Source of the DNA: Thermomonas sp. | Lineage (GTDB): Bacteria > Pseudomonadota > Gammaproteobacteria > Xanthomonadales > Xanthomonadaceae | DNA length: 64,000 bases | Assembly: GCA_041913885.1 (NCBI GenBank) | Contig: JAYSEL010000003.1 | Span: 146,602 to 210,601, forward strand | Direction of reading: 5' to 3' | Part shown: piece by piece, positions 39,095 through 48,670 of the stretch | Layout: the number at the start of each line of letters is the position of its first letter | Numbering within the stretch: position 1 is the first letter of the stretch | Notes under the pieces: generated by a model | Seen by the model: the letters and a program-made list of their open reading frames with translations, nothing else | The model's database searches: none | Told to the model about the DNA's origin: nothing | Program-made: the position numbers and the translations under genes

Positions 39095-41599
39095 ATGCAG
39101 GCGAGCAGCGCCCCGCAGGTCCGCACGCTGTTGCTCACCGACCTGGTGGAGTCCACCCATCTGGTGGAGCGGCTGGGCGATGCGCCGGCCGCGGCGTTGT
39201 TCCGCGCCCACGACCGGCTGGTGCTGGAGCTGCAGCAGCGTTGGCGCGGGCGGTTGATCGACCGCAGCGACGGCCTGCTGCTGCTGTTCGAGCGCCCGAT
39301 CGATGGCCTCGGCTTCGCCCTCGATTACGCCAAGGGGCTGCGCGACCTGGGCCGCGAGATGCAGTGCAAGGCACCCCTGCAAGCGCGCGCCGGCCTGCAC
39401 GTGGGGGAAGTGCTGGTCTGGGAGAACAGCCCGGAAGCCGTGCGCCAGGGCGCCAAGTCGCTGGAGGTGGAGGGCCTGGCCAAGCCGCTGGCCGGCCGCC
39501 TGATGGCGCTGGCGCGTCCCGGCCAGATACTGCTGTCGGCCACCGCTGAGCCGCTGGCCCACCGCGCCGCGCGCGAGCTGGGCGAGCGCGGCGAACTGCT
39601 GGTCTGGAAGTCCTACGGGCGTTGGCGCTTCAAGGGCATTCCCGAGGCCCAGGAAGTCCACGAAGTCGGTGAGCCCGGGCTGGCGCCGCTGCGCATGCCC
39701 TCGCACACGCCGAAGGCGTGGCGCGACCTGCCGCTGTGGCGGCGGCCGGTGGCACTCGCTGCCGAGGCGATGCTGGTGGCAGGCATGGCGGTCGGCGCCT
39801 GGTTCCTGGCCCAGCCGAAGCCGGCCATCGCGTTCAACGAGCGCGACTGGGTGGTGGTGGGCGACCTGCGCAACCTGACCAGCGATCCCCGCCTGGAGGA
39901 CGCGCTGGAGCAGGCCTTCCGCATCAGCCTGGAGCAGTCGCGCTACGTCAACGTGGTGGGCGAGCTCAAGGTGCGCGACACCCTGCAGCGCATGCAGCGC
40001 AAGCCGGACACGGCGGTGGACCGCGCCCTGGGGTCGGAAATCGCCCTGCGTGATGGCGCCCGCGCCGTGCTGCTGCCCACGGTGTCCGAGGTCGGTGGCC
40101 GGCTGCGGGTCAGCGCCGAGGTCATCGACCCGCACACCCAGACCACCGTCTACGCGGTCTCGGCCGACGGCAAGGGCGTGGAGTCCGCGCTGGCCTCCAT
40201 CGACGAGGTCACCGACCAGCTGCGCGGCAAGCTCGGCGAAGCCCTGCAGAACGTCCAGAAGACCTCGGTGCCGCTGCCGAACGTGGCCACGCCCAGCCTG
40301 GATGCGCTGAAGGCGTTTGCGGTGGCCCGCCGCGTGGCCAATACGACGGGCGACCGCGAGCAGGCGCTGGGCCTGTACCGGCGTGCGCTGCAGTTTGATC
40401 CGCAGTTCGCGCTGGCCCACGCCGACATGGCGCGCCTGTTTGCGACCCTGGGCGAGCCGGGCGCCGCGCGTGACGAGTGGCGCAAGGCCTTGGCGCTGCC
40501 CCAGCGGCTGTCGCCGCAGGAGCGCCAGATGATCGAGCTGATGCTGATGCAGCACATTAGCCCGCAGAACTATTTCCGCAAAGCCGAGGAATACCTGGCG
40601 CTGTATCCGGATGACTACCAGACGATTGGCCGGCTCTCGAGCAACCAGTGGCACCAGCGCAACGACTTCCGCGCTGCCGAGGCGTTCAGCCGGCGCGCGC
40701 TGAAGCCGCAGAACGAGCGCTTCGGTTCGGTACGCTACAACCTCGGCATCATGCTGCTGGGCCAAGAACGCTACGACGCGGCGCTGGCCGAGTTCCGGCA
40801 AGCGCGCGAGGCGGGCTTCGTGGGCGCGGGCGAGGTGTATGCCCTGCTCTACGAGGCGCGCGGGCAGTACGCGGAAGCCGACAAGACCTACTTCGCCAGC
40901 ACGGCCGGCCGGAACGGCTGGCACGGCGAGACGGGGGCCATCGTCTGGATCGATCGCGGCCAGCCGGCGCGGGCGGCGGCGGCCGTGCGTGACTGGGCGC
41001 AGAAGGCCGACGCCAGTGGCAACGTCCTGGAGTCGCTGCGTGCCCGTGCAGGACTGGCCAGCATGGCCGTGCTGCACGGACAGGGCGATGCCGCGGGCGC
41101 GCAGCAGGCCCTGCTGGCGCTGGTCGATGCCAAGGGTGCAGTGGGGGACGACCTCTATCCGCCGGTTTCGACCGAGTTGCGGTTGTACGCGGGCCTGCTC
41201 TCGGCCTACCGCGATGATCGGGCCGGCCTGGCCGAAGCACTGCGTCGCGTGCAGGGCAGCAGCGTCGTCCGCGACTATCCCACCATCCGGGAGCTGCACG
41301 AGGTCCTGCAAGCCGAGCAGGAGCGCCTGGATGGCCAACCCCACCTTGCCATGGCGCGGCTGGGGCCGTTGGTCCGCCAAGACACCGCCTTGGTGGCAAC
41401 GCATTGGGCGTTGATGCGTGCAGCCCGGGCAGCCGGAGAGGAGAAGGTCGCCGCGACCCAGGCCGAATGGCTTGCCACGCACCGCGGCCGCATCTTCGCG
41501 GAGAGCACCACGTCCGACGTGCTGCGGTTCTTCAATGTTTCCGTATCCACTACTGGGGCTCGGTCTTCCCCAGCACGGGCAGGAGCCGGTACGCCTTAG
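39095..41599 (+). CDS. Class III nucleotidyl cyclase - TM - TPR protein (putative peptide modification system cyclase)
   Basis: LLTDLVEST, SDG, RAGLHVG, RLMALARPGQILLS; TM VALAAEAMLVAGMAVGAWFLA; TPSLDALKAF and TPRs; starts 7 nt after the DGC stop. Confidence 0.88.
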   Translation: MQASSAPQVRTLLLTDLVESTHLVERLGDAPAAALFRAHDRLVLELQQRWRGRLIDRSDGLLLLFERPIDGLGFALDYAKGLRDLGREMQCKAPLQARAGLHVGEVLVWENSPEAVRQGAKSLEVEGLAKPLAGRLMALARPGQILLSATAEPLAHRAARELGERGELLVWKSYGRWRFKGIPEAQEVHEVGEPGLAPLRMPSHTPKAWRDLPLWRRPVALAAEAMLVAGMAVGAWFLAQPKPAIAFNERDWVVVGDLRNLTSDPRLEDALEQAFRISLEQSRYVNVVGELKVRDTLQRMQRKPDTAVDRALGSEIALRDGARAVLLPTVSEVGGRLRVSAEVIDPHTQTTVYAVSADGKGVESALASIDEVTDQLRGKLGEALQNVQKTSVPLPNVATPSLDALKAFAVARRVANTTGDREQALGLYRRALQFDPQFALAHADMARLFATLGEPGAARDEWRKALALPQRLSPQERQMIELMLMQHISPQNYFRKAEEYLALYPDDYQTIGRLSSNQWHQRNDFRAAEAFSRRALKPQNERFGSVRYNLGIMLLGQERYDAALAEFRQAREAGFVGAGEVYALLYEARGQYAEADKTYFASTAGRNGWHGETGAIVWIDRGQPARAAAAVRDWAQKADASGNVLESLRARAGLASMAVLHGQGDAAGAQQALLALVDAKGAVGDDLYPPVSTELRLYAGLLSAYRDDRAGLAEALRRVQGSSVVRDYPTIRELHEVLQAEQERLDGQPHLAMARLGPLVRQDTALVATHWALMRAARAAGEEKVAATQAEWLATHRGRIFAESTTSDVLRFFNVSVSTTGARSSPARAGAGTP

Positions 41600-41619
41600 T
41601 GCCATGGCCCGGCAGAATT

Positions 41620-41645
41620 CGTGGGGCCGCGTTGTCGGCCCCACG
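41620..41645. terminator. Hairpin between convergent cyclase and peptide genes
   Basis: CGTGGGGCCG-N6-CGGCCCCACG. Confidence 0.6.
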
Positions 41646-41671
41646 GAGTCAGGCTAGGCAGGCAGAACTGC

Positions 41672-41956
41672 TCAGGCGTCTTGCGCTTCCAGCGGGCACA
41701 GAAAGCCCTGAACGCCCACCATCGTCTCTTCCAACTTGGCTCGTTGCTCCTTGATTTGCTGCGGAGTCGCCAATTTCGCGCCGGCTGCCAGCGACATGCA
41801 TTCCCACGGGTCGGTATAACCGATCGACCGTAGGGCCCGTTCGGGAGACTGCTGGAACAGCGTGCGGAAGTCGTCATTGCTCTCCAGATTGTTGAGGAGC
41901 CGTGTGACCAGCTGCGGGTGCAGTCCTGCGGGTGGAAGCTTGTCGCCTGTTGCCAT
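41672..41956 (-). CDS. NHLP-related putative RiPP precursor peptide (94 aa)
   Basis: LLNNLESNDDFRTLFQQSPERALRSIG resembles the nitrile-hydratase-like leader; two Cys; AGGGG RBS; flanked by SagB-like gene. Confidence 0.8.
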   Translation of the reverse strand: MATGDKLPPAGLHPQLVTRLLNNLESNDDFRTLFQQSPERALRSIGYTDPWECMSLAAGAKLATPQQIKEQRAKLEETMVGVQGFLCPLEAQDA

Positions 41957-42021
41957 GTGGGTATCCCCTGTTGGTTGGAGACCGGACAATAGCATCGGGA
42001 TCCTTTGAATCGGAGAGGCGG

Positions 42022-43260
42022 ATGCGGGTCAGGCGCTGTGCTGTGGTGTGGCTGGAGCCGAAGGAGTTGGCGACGTTCCAACTGGATGATTTGCTGTCCG
42101 GGGGAACTGGCGTGGTGAGCCGGCTGGCTTGGTTCGCGCATGCGCCGCATCTGGGGACTGCCGTCGAGATCGATGCCGTTCTCGTGCCATTGCTGGGCGC
42201 GCTGGGGCCGCTTGACTGGGTGCCGCGAGATGCTTTGGACAGTCGCCATGGCGCTGATGCAGTGGACGCGTTGCTGGCCAACGGATTGCTGCTGGAGGAG
42301 CCTGCGCCGGGAGATGGCGAGTCGGCCGACGCCCTGTTTCTGGCCCAAGGGTGGCACCCGCCAGCGGCGGTGGCGCACATGGCCGGTCGTTGGGATGCCG
42401 TCGACGGCCCCAAGGGCATGGCCGAACAGGACCTGGACAGCAACGCCGGTCTGTTGCGCCAGCACGGCTTGCCGCCGCTATTGGAGACACACGTCCCCGA
42501 GGGGGGCGCGGGTTTCGGACTACCGCGCATTCCCCGCGATGCCTTCGATGATTTTCTCGACGCGCGTGCCACCTGCCGCAATTACGACCCGCAGGCCAGC
42601 GTCCCGCTCGAGGTGTTTTCCCGGCTGATGGCACGGGTCTTCGGCAAGCGCGGCACCGGACAGCCGGCGCCGGGCTTCGGCGTGATCAAGCGCACCAGCC
42701 CCTCGGGCGGTGCGTTGCATCCGGTCGAATGCTTCCTCATCGTGCAGCGCGTCGAGGGGATTCCGCCGGGCCTCTATCGTTACCGTGCATTGGACCACGC
42801 GTTGCATCCGGTGGTCCCCCGGGTGGCGCCACCTGCGGTCGGGGATGCCGGTACGCGTGCGCTGTTACCGGGGGAGGACCCAGGGGCATGGGATGCCGGC
42901 GCCTTGCGCGCCTTCGCGCGCATTGCCGTGGCCGGGCAGGACTGGTTCGCCGAGGCGCCTGTCCTGTGCGTGCTGGCGCCGCGCTTCCACCGCAATTTCT
43001 GGAAGTACCGCAACCACGCGAAGGCCTATCGGGTGTGCGTCCTCGATGCCGGCCACCTGTCGCAGACCTTGCAGCTCTGCGCGACCGAGGCGGGCATGGG
43101 GCCGTTCGTGACCGGCGCCATCAACGAGGTGGATCTGGAGCGGGCCTTCGGGATGACCGGCTATGTCCAGAGCCCGCTGGTGGTATGCGGCTTTGGCCCG
43201 CGCACCGGCACGTTGGTCGAGTCCGAGTTCGACCCCAATCGGTTGGTTTGGCCGCGCTGA
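42022..43260 (+). CDS. SagB/ThcOx-like FMN-dependent peptide maturation dehydrogenase
   Basis: RATCRNY, KRTSPSGGALHPVE, WKYR..AYR..LDAGHLSQT nitroreductase-fold motifs; GGAGAG RBS. Confidence 0.88.
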   Translation: MRVRRCAVVWLEPKELATFQLDDLLSGGTGVVSRLAWFAHAPHLGTAVEIDAVLVPLLGALGPLDWVPRDALDSRHGADAVDALLANGLLLEEPAPGDGESADALFLAQGWHPPAAVAHMAGRWDAVDGPKGMAEQDLDSNAGLLRQHGLPPLLETHVPEGGAGFGLPRIPRDAFDDFLDARATCRNYDPQASVPLEVFSRLMARVFGKRGTGQPAPGFGVIKRTSPSGGALHPVECFLIVQRVEGIPPGLYRYRALDHALHPVVPRVAPPAVGDAGTRALLPGEDPGAWDAGALRAFARIAVAGQDWFAEAPVLCVLAPRFHRNFWKYRNHAKAYRVCVLDAGHLSQTLQLCATEAGMGPFVTGAINEVDLERAFGMTGYVQSPLVVCGFGPRTGTLVESEFDPNRLVWPR

Positions 43261-43393
43261 GCGGAGTCGGTTGGGCGATCGCCTCGGGTGGCCGTGGTCG
43301 CATCCTGCAGCGTGCGGAAAGGCGCGCGATGGCAGGTGAACACGGTAGCCAAGGGCGCATGGATCCAGCAGGCGGCCGCGCCTGGGATCGGGG

Positions 43394-44908
43394 TCACGCG
43401 GCGGCGCGTTCGCTTCCGCGCTCCAGCTTGCGGTAGCCGATGGCCTCCGTGAGGTGCGGCGTCTCGATGGCGTCGCTGCCGGCCAGGTCGGCGATGGTGC
43501 GGGCGACGCGCAGGATGCGGTGCAGCGAACGCGCGGACAGCTGCAGGGCATCCACCGCGCGTTCCAGCAGGGCGGTGTCGCGCGGGGACAGCGCGCAGAA
43601 CGCATTGGTCTGGGCCTGGTCCAGGCGCGCATTGGTCTGGCCGCTGCGCGCGTGCTGGCGGGTGCGCGCCGCCAGCACGCGCTCGCGCACCCGGGCACTG
43701 CACTCGCCCGGCGGGCCGTCGGTGCGCAGCGCGGTGGGCGGCAGGCGTGGCACCTCGACGTGCAGGTCGATGCGCTCCAGCAGCGGGCCCGAGATGCGCC
43801 CGCGGTAGCGCCGGATCGCCTCGTCGCTGCAGAGGCAGCGACCGGAGGGATCACCGGCCCAGCCGCAGGGGCACGGATTCATCGCCGCCACCAGTTGGAA
43901 GCGGGCGGGAAACTCGCAGTGCCGCGCGGCGCGGGAGATGCTGACGCTGCCGGATTCCAGCGGCTCGCGCAGCACTTCCAGCGCGTGGCGACTCCACTCG
44001 GGCAGCTCGTCCAGGAACAGGGTGCCGTGGTGCGCCAGCGAAATCTCGCCGGGGCGGGGATCGGCGCCGCCGCCCACCAGCGCCACCGCACTGGCGGTGT
44101 GGTGGGGTGCGCGGAACGGCCGCTGCCGCCAGCGGGCCAGGTCCAGCCCGCGGCCGCTGGCGGACGCGATGCTGGCGGCTTCCAGCGCCTCCGCTTCGGT
44201 GGGCGGCGGCAGGATGCCGCACAGCCGCGAGGCCAACAGCGTCTTGCCGCTGCCGGGCGGACCGACCAGCAGCAGGTGGTGGCCACCCGCCGCGGCGATC
44301 TCCAGCGCGCGCCGCGCCTGTGCCTGCCCGCGCACGTCGGCCAGGTCCGGCATCGGGGCGTCGACGGCGGGCCGCGGCGTGGCCTGTGGCAGCGTCTTGC
44401 GGGCGTCCAGCGCGGCGCAGACCTCCAGCAGCGTGCGCGCGGTCCGCACCTCCACGGCGCTGGCCAGCGCGGCCTCCTCTCCATTGGCGGGGGCGACCAG
44501 CAGGCGACGCCCGCTGTCACCGGCGGCCAGCGCCGCGGCCAGCACGCCGTCGACGGGCCGCAGTTCGCCGGTCAGGGCCAGTTCGGCGATGAACTCCCAA
44601 CCGTCCAGCGCCTCCAGCGACAGCTGGCCGCTGGCGGCCAGGATGCCCAGCGCGATGGCGAGGTCGTAGCGGCCACCGTCCTTGGGCAGGTCGGCGGGGG
44701 CGAGGTTGACGGTGATGCGGCGGGCGGGGAACTCGAACTGCCCGCACTGGATCGCCGCGCGCACCCGGTCCTTGGCTTCGCGCACCGCCGCTTCCGGCAG
44801 GCCGACGATGGACATCGACGGCAAGCCGCCGGCCAGGTGCACCTCCACCCGCACCTCGGGCGCGCGCACGCCCACCCGCGCACGGCTGTGCACGATCGCA
44901 AGGCTCAT
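43394..44908 (-). CDS. comM: YifB/ComM Mg-chelatase-like AAA+ ATPase
   Basis: VGLPEAAVRE, GPPGSGKT, PHHTAS, LFLDELPE, AMNPCPCG. Confidence 0.94.
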   Translation of the reverse strand: MSLAIVHSRARVGVRAPEVRVEVHLAGGLPSMSIVGLPEAAVREAKDRVRAAIQCGQFEFPARRITVNLAPADLPKDGGRYDLAIALGILAASGQLSLEALDGWEFIAELALTGELRPVDGVLAAALAAGDSGRRLLVAPANGEEAALASAVEVRTARTLLEVCAALDARKTLPQATPRPAVDAPMPDLADVRGQAQARRALEIAAAGGHHLLLVGPPGSGKTLLASRLCGILPPPTEAEALEAASIASASGRGLDLARWRQRPFRAPHHTASAVALVGGGADPRPGEISLAHHGTLFLDELPEWSRHALEVLREPLESGSVSISRAARHCEFPARFQLVAAMNPCPCGWAGDPSGRCLCSDEAIRRYRGRISGPLLERIDLHVEVPRLPPTALRTDGPPGECSARVRERVLAARTRQHARSGQTNARLDQAQTNAFCALSPRDTALLERAVDALQLSARSLHRILRVARTIADLAGSDAIETPHLTEAIGYRKLERGSERAAA

Positions 44909-44919
44909 GGCGGCGGCCC

Positions 44920-45201
44920 TCAGTGGCGCGGGGCGTCGTCGGACTTGGCGGCGTCGGCCAGTTCGGCCAGCTGGCGCTCCAGTGCTTCCAGCTTTTCCCG
45001 CGTGCGCGCCAGCACGGCGCGCTGGACGTCGAACTCTTCGCGGGTGACCAGGTCCAGTTTGCCCAGCCCGGCCTGCAGCACCGACTTGAAGTTCTGCTGC
45101 AGCTCCTCCCGGCTTTCGCGCAGGCCCGGCGGGACCAGGCTGCTGAGGCGGCGGGCGAGTTCGTCGAGTTGGGCGAGGTCGATCATCGGCAAGGGTGTCA
45201 T
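44920..45201 (-). CDS. ubiK: Ubiquinone accessory factor UbiK (BMFP family)
   Basis: KLDLVTREEFDVQRAVLARTREKL; AGGAGA RBS. Confidence 0.9.
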   Translation of the reverse strand: MTPLPMIDLAQLDELARRLSSLVPPGLRESREELQQNFKSVLQAGLGKLDLVTREEFDVQRAVLARTREKLEALERQLAELADAAKSDDAPRH

Positions 45202-45357
45202 GGTGGGTCTCCTGCGGTGGTCGCCAGCATCGCGCGGGGCGCGTGGGCCGGCTGTCGGCGCAGGGCCTGATGGGGCATCGGAAAACGCCGCACCGGTGGG
45301 GGCAGTATGCCCGCATCGCCCGCGATATGCTGCCGCCATCGATCAGGAGAGCCGACG

Positions 45358-45696
45358 ATGAAGATGGTGATGGCGGTGATCAAGCCGTTCAAGCTGGACG
45401 ACGTGCGCGAAGCGCTGGCCGAGGTCGGCGTGGCCGGCATCACGGCGACCGAGGTGAAGGGGTTCGGCCGGCAGAAGGGCCACACCGAGTTGTACCGGGG
45501 CGCCGAGTACGTGGTGGACTTCCTGCCCAAGATCAAGCTGGAGATCGCGGTCGCCGACGATCGCGTGGACGCCGTGACCGAGGCCATCCTGAAGGCGGCC
45601 GGCACCGGCAAGATCGGCGACGGCAAGCTGTTCGTGTGGGACCTGGACCGGGTGGTGCGCATCCGCACCGGCGAGCTGGACGCCGACGCGCTGTAG
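45358..45696 (+). CDS. P-II nitrogen regulatory protein (GlnK/GlnB)
   Basis: [34 protein letters not shown]. Confidence 0.96.
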   Translation: MKMVMAVIKPFKLDDVREALAEVGVAGITATEVKGFGRQKGHTELYRGAEYVVDFLPKIKLEIAVADDRVDAVTEAILKAAGTGKIGDGKLFVWDLDRVVRIRTGELDADAL

Positions 45697-45703
45697 CCCG
45701 AGG

Positions 45704-47596
45704 TTATTCCTCGACGCGGTCGCGCCCCTGCTGCTTGGCGCGGTAGAGGGCGGCGTCGGCGCGGGCGAACAGGGTCTCGCGGGTGTCGCCGGGCTGGGCG
45801 GCGGCGATGCCGATGCTGGTGCTCACCCGGAGCGCCCGGTCGATCTCCGGCAGGCGCAGCAGGCGGGTGGCCTCCAGCAGGCGCGCGGCGATCGCCCGGG
45901 CCTGCTCGGGGCCGGTGCCCGCGCAGACCACCGCGAATTCCTCGCCGCCGATGCGGCCCAGCGCGTCGCGGTCGCGAAGCTGGGCCTGCCAGGCCTCGAC
46001 CGTGGCCCGCAGCACGGTATCGCCGGCGGCGTGCCCATAGCGGTCGTTGACCTGCTTGAAGTAATCGAGATCGAGCAGCAGCACCGCCACTGGCGTGGCC
46101 GTCTGGGCGCTCTCCGCAAGCGTGCGCGCGGCGATCTTCTCGATGGCCACGCGGCTGGCCGCGCCGGTCAGCGGATCGGTCATCGCCAGCGTGCGCAGGC
46201 GGTGGGTGCGTCGCCGCTGCCGCCAGGCCAGCGCTGCCAGCAGTGCCATCAGCAGCACGCCCAGCAGCAGGGCGAGGGTTTGCCAGCGACGCACGCGTTC
46301 CAGGGCCTTGACCTGCGACTGCTGGGCGGTTGCTTCGGCGCGCAGGCGGTGGTTCTCGAATTCGCGGCGGCGGATCTCGTATTCGTATTCCAGCAGCCGG
46401 CTCTGTTCCAGCCGCATCTTGCCCTGCAGGGAGGTTTGCAGGGCCGTGTAGCGCTTGAAGTCCGCCAGGGCCTGCGCGGTCTGCCCCAGTGCTTCCTCGC
46501 TCGCGGCCCTGGCTTCATACAGCAGGGCGAGGTAGCGCTGGTTTCCGTCCTGCTCGATCAGCGGTTGCGCTTGTGCATAGCGGACCATGGCCTGCTGGTG
46601 CTCGCCCTTGCCGGCCAGCGCCTGGCCGGTCAGCAGCAGCATGTCATCGCTGCCGTGGCTTTGCTTCGCTTCGAAGCCCGCGCGGGCCTGCGCGAGCGTG
46701 GCCAGCGCGGCATCGTGCTCCCCCAGGGTGACCTGGGCCGCGGCCAGCCCCACGCGGGCGTTCGCCTCGCTCAAGACCTCGCCGTGGTCGCGGGCCACGG
46801 CGATGGCGCGCTCGAACGACGCCTTGGCCTTCTGTGGTCTGCCCGATTCGTCGTAGAGATAGCCCAGCTGGACAAGGTCGGTGATCACGCGGTCCCAGTC
46901 CTGCTTGTCCTGCACCCGCTCGACCGAGCGGGTGAAGTAGCGCTCCGCCTGCGTCCAGTCGCCGATCCGGCGGTAGGCAATGGCCATTTCCAGCATCAGC
47001 GCATCGACTTCATGGTTGATGCCGGCTTCGCGGAAACTGGCGCGGGCCCGCTGGTAATCCAGCAAGGCCTTGGCCTGTTCGCCCAGCTGCGACAGCAGCC
47101 CGCCGCGTTGGACCAATGCTTCGCCATAGAGCTGGCGCTCCTGCGAGTTGGCCAGCATCGCCACCATGCGGTCCGCTTCGGCCAGTGCCTTGCGCGTCCC
47201 CTCCAGCGAGAGGACGTAACCGATCCGGCAGAACTGGGCGCGTGCCTGCGAGGCAAGATCGCCGGCCGCGCGTGCGCGCCGCTGCGCGTCATCCGAATAG
47301 GCCAGTCCCTGCTTCAGGTCCTTCCAGCGTTCGCTGGCGCAATAGACGGAGCGGAACTGGACCTCGCGGGCGCGATCCCCGGCCGGCAACAGGATGCGCA
47401 GCTTCTGGAGATCGGCCTCGTAGGCATCGTAGGTCATGTCCATCGACCCGGGCCCGATGACCTCCTGGAAGACCGCGTCGAACTGCGCGGCACGCGAAGA
47501 CGTGCCGGGCTGGGGGGCATCGGAAAAGACGGAGGCGGCCGCGGGCAGGCATGCCAGCAACAGGAGGAGACCGCGCAGTCGCGGGGTCGTGCCCAT
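45704..47596 (-). CDS. Periplasmic TPR-sensor diguanylate cyclase
   Basis: Signal peptide, TPR-like helices, TM, TDPLTG, RDRD I-site, GGEEF. Confidence 0.9.
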   Translation of the reverse strand: MGTTPRLRGLLLLLACLPAAASVFSDAPQPGTSSRAAQFDAVFQEVIGPGSMDMTYDAYEADLQKLRILLPAGDRAREVQFRSVYCASERWKDLKQGLAYSDDAQRRARAAGDLASQARAQFCRIGYVLSLEGTRKALAEADRMVAMLANSQERQLYGEALVQRGGLLSQLGEQAKALLDYQRARASFREAGINHEVDALMLEMAIAYRRIGDWTQAERYFTRSVERVQDKQDWDRVITDLVQLGYLYDESGRPQKAKASFERAIAVARDHGEVLSEANARVGLAAAQVTLGEHDAALATLAQARAGFEAKQSHGSDDMLLLTGQALAGKGEHQQAMVRYAQAQPLIEQDGNQRYLALLYEARAASEEALGQTAQALADFKRYTALQTSLQGKMRLEQSRLLEYEYEIRRREFENHRLRAEATAQQSQVKALERVRRWQTLALLLGVLLMALLAALAWRQRRRTHRLRTLAMTDPLTGAASRVAIEKIAARTLAESAQTATPVAVLLLDLDYFKQVNDRYGHAAGDTVLRATVEAWQAQLRDRDALGRIGGEEFAVVCAGTGPEQARAIAARLLEATRLLRLPEIDRALRVSTSIGIAAAQPGDTRETLFARADAALYRAKQQGRDRVEE

Positions 47597-47679
47597 CCGC
47601 CCTCCGATCAGAAGACTGTTCCCAGCCTATTACAAAACGCGAGGAACGATTGTGCCCGGGATCGCAGTTCCCCGGGGGG

Positions 47680-48534
47680 TCAGCCCCCCAGCGCTTCCGC
47701 CACGAACGGCGGCAGGGCCTGGGCGCCCTTGTGCACGTCCGCGGTGTAGTAGCGGGTCGGGAACGCCTTCGCGCGCGCATCCGCTTCGCGGAAGCCGAAA
47801 TCGGCGTTCGCCGCCTTCTTCGCCATCGTGCAGCTCCACCAGCCGGTGGGGTAGCAGGGCTGCGGGAACGGCAGGGTCTGGAAGCTCTGGAAGCCGGCCT
47901 TGCCCATTTCCGCGCGCATGGCCTGGATGAGGTCCAGCAGCACCAGCGGCGATTCGCTCTGCTGGACCAGGATGCCGTCGTCCTTTAGCGCGCGGTGGCA
48001 GCTGGCGAAGAACGCCTTGTTGAACAGGCCCTCGGCCGGGCCCACCGGGTCGGTGGAGTCCACGATCACCACGTCCACGCTGCCCGGCGCGCAGTTGGCC
48101 ATGTAGGCGATGCCGTCGTCCCACAGCAGCTCGGCGCGCGGATCGCCGTTGGCGTCGCACAGCTCGGGGAAGTACTTCTCCGCCATGCGCGTGACCTGTT
48201 CGTCGATGTCGCACTGCACGGCCTTCTCCACGCCCGGGTGGCGCAGCACCTCGCGCAGGGTGCCGCAGTCGCCGCCGCCGATGATCACCACGCGCTTCGG
48301 GGCCGCGTGGGTGAACAGCGCCGGGTGCGACATCATCTCGTGATAGAGGAAGTTGTCGCGCGTGGTCAGCATCATCGCGCCGTCGATCAGCATGACGTTG
48401 CCCCAGTCGGTCGACTCGTAGATCTCGATCTTCTGGAACGGCGACTGCACCTCGTCCAGCTTGCGGGTGACGCGGAAGCCGATCGAGGAGCCGGCCTTGT
48501 CGAAGTGTTCGTGCAGCCAGGTCGGGTCGGTCAT
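47680..48534 (-). CDS. speE: Spermidine synthase
   Basis: QSPFQKI, IIGGGDCG, DSTDPVGP, YPTGWW. Confidence 0.95.
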   Translation of the reverse strand: MTDPTWLHEHFDKAGSSIGFRVTRKLDEVQSPFQKIEIYESTDWGNVMLIDGAMMLTTRDNFLYHEMMSHPALFTHAAPKRVVIIGGGDCGTLREVLRHPGVEKAVQCDIDEQVTRMAEKYFPELCDANGDPRAELLWDDGIAYMANCAPGSVDVVIVDSTDPVGPAEGLFNKAFFASCHRALKDDGILVQQSESPLVLLDLIQAMRAEMGKAGFQSFQTLPFPQPCYPTGWWSCTMAKKAANADFGFREADARAKAFPTRYYTADVHKGAQALPPFVAEALGG

Positions 48535-48670
48535 GGCGGTATCCTGTGGGTGGAGGCCTGTCATCCGCGCGTGGGCGGCGTCCGGCGGGGGTGCGGATTG
48601 TAGCGGATGGGGGTGGGGGACCCCGTGTCGGCGGCAGGCGGGGGCTCAGGAAAAGGAAAGGGGGGAAAGG

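Noticed and set aside
45358-45696. P-II gene without an adjacent amtB
   Set aside because: Stand-alone P-II paralogues are common; not evidence of novelty
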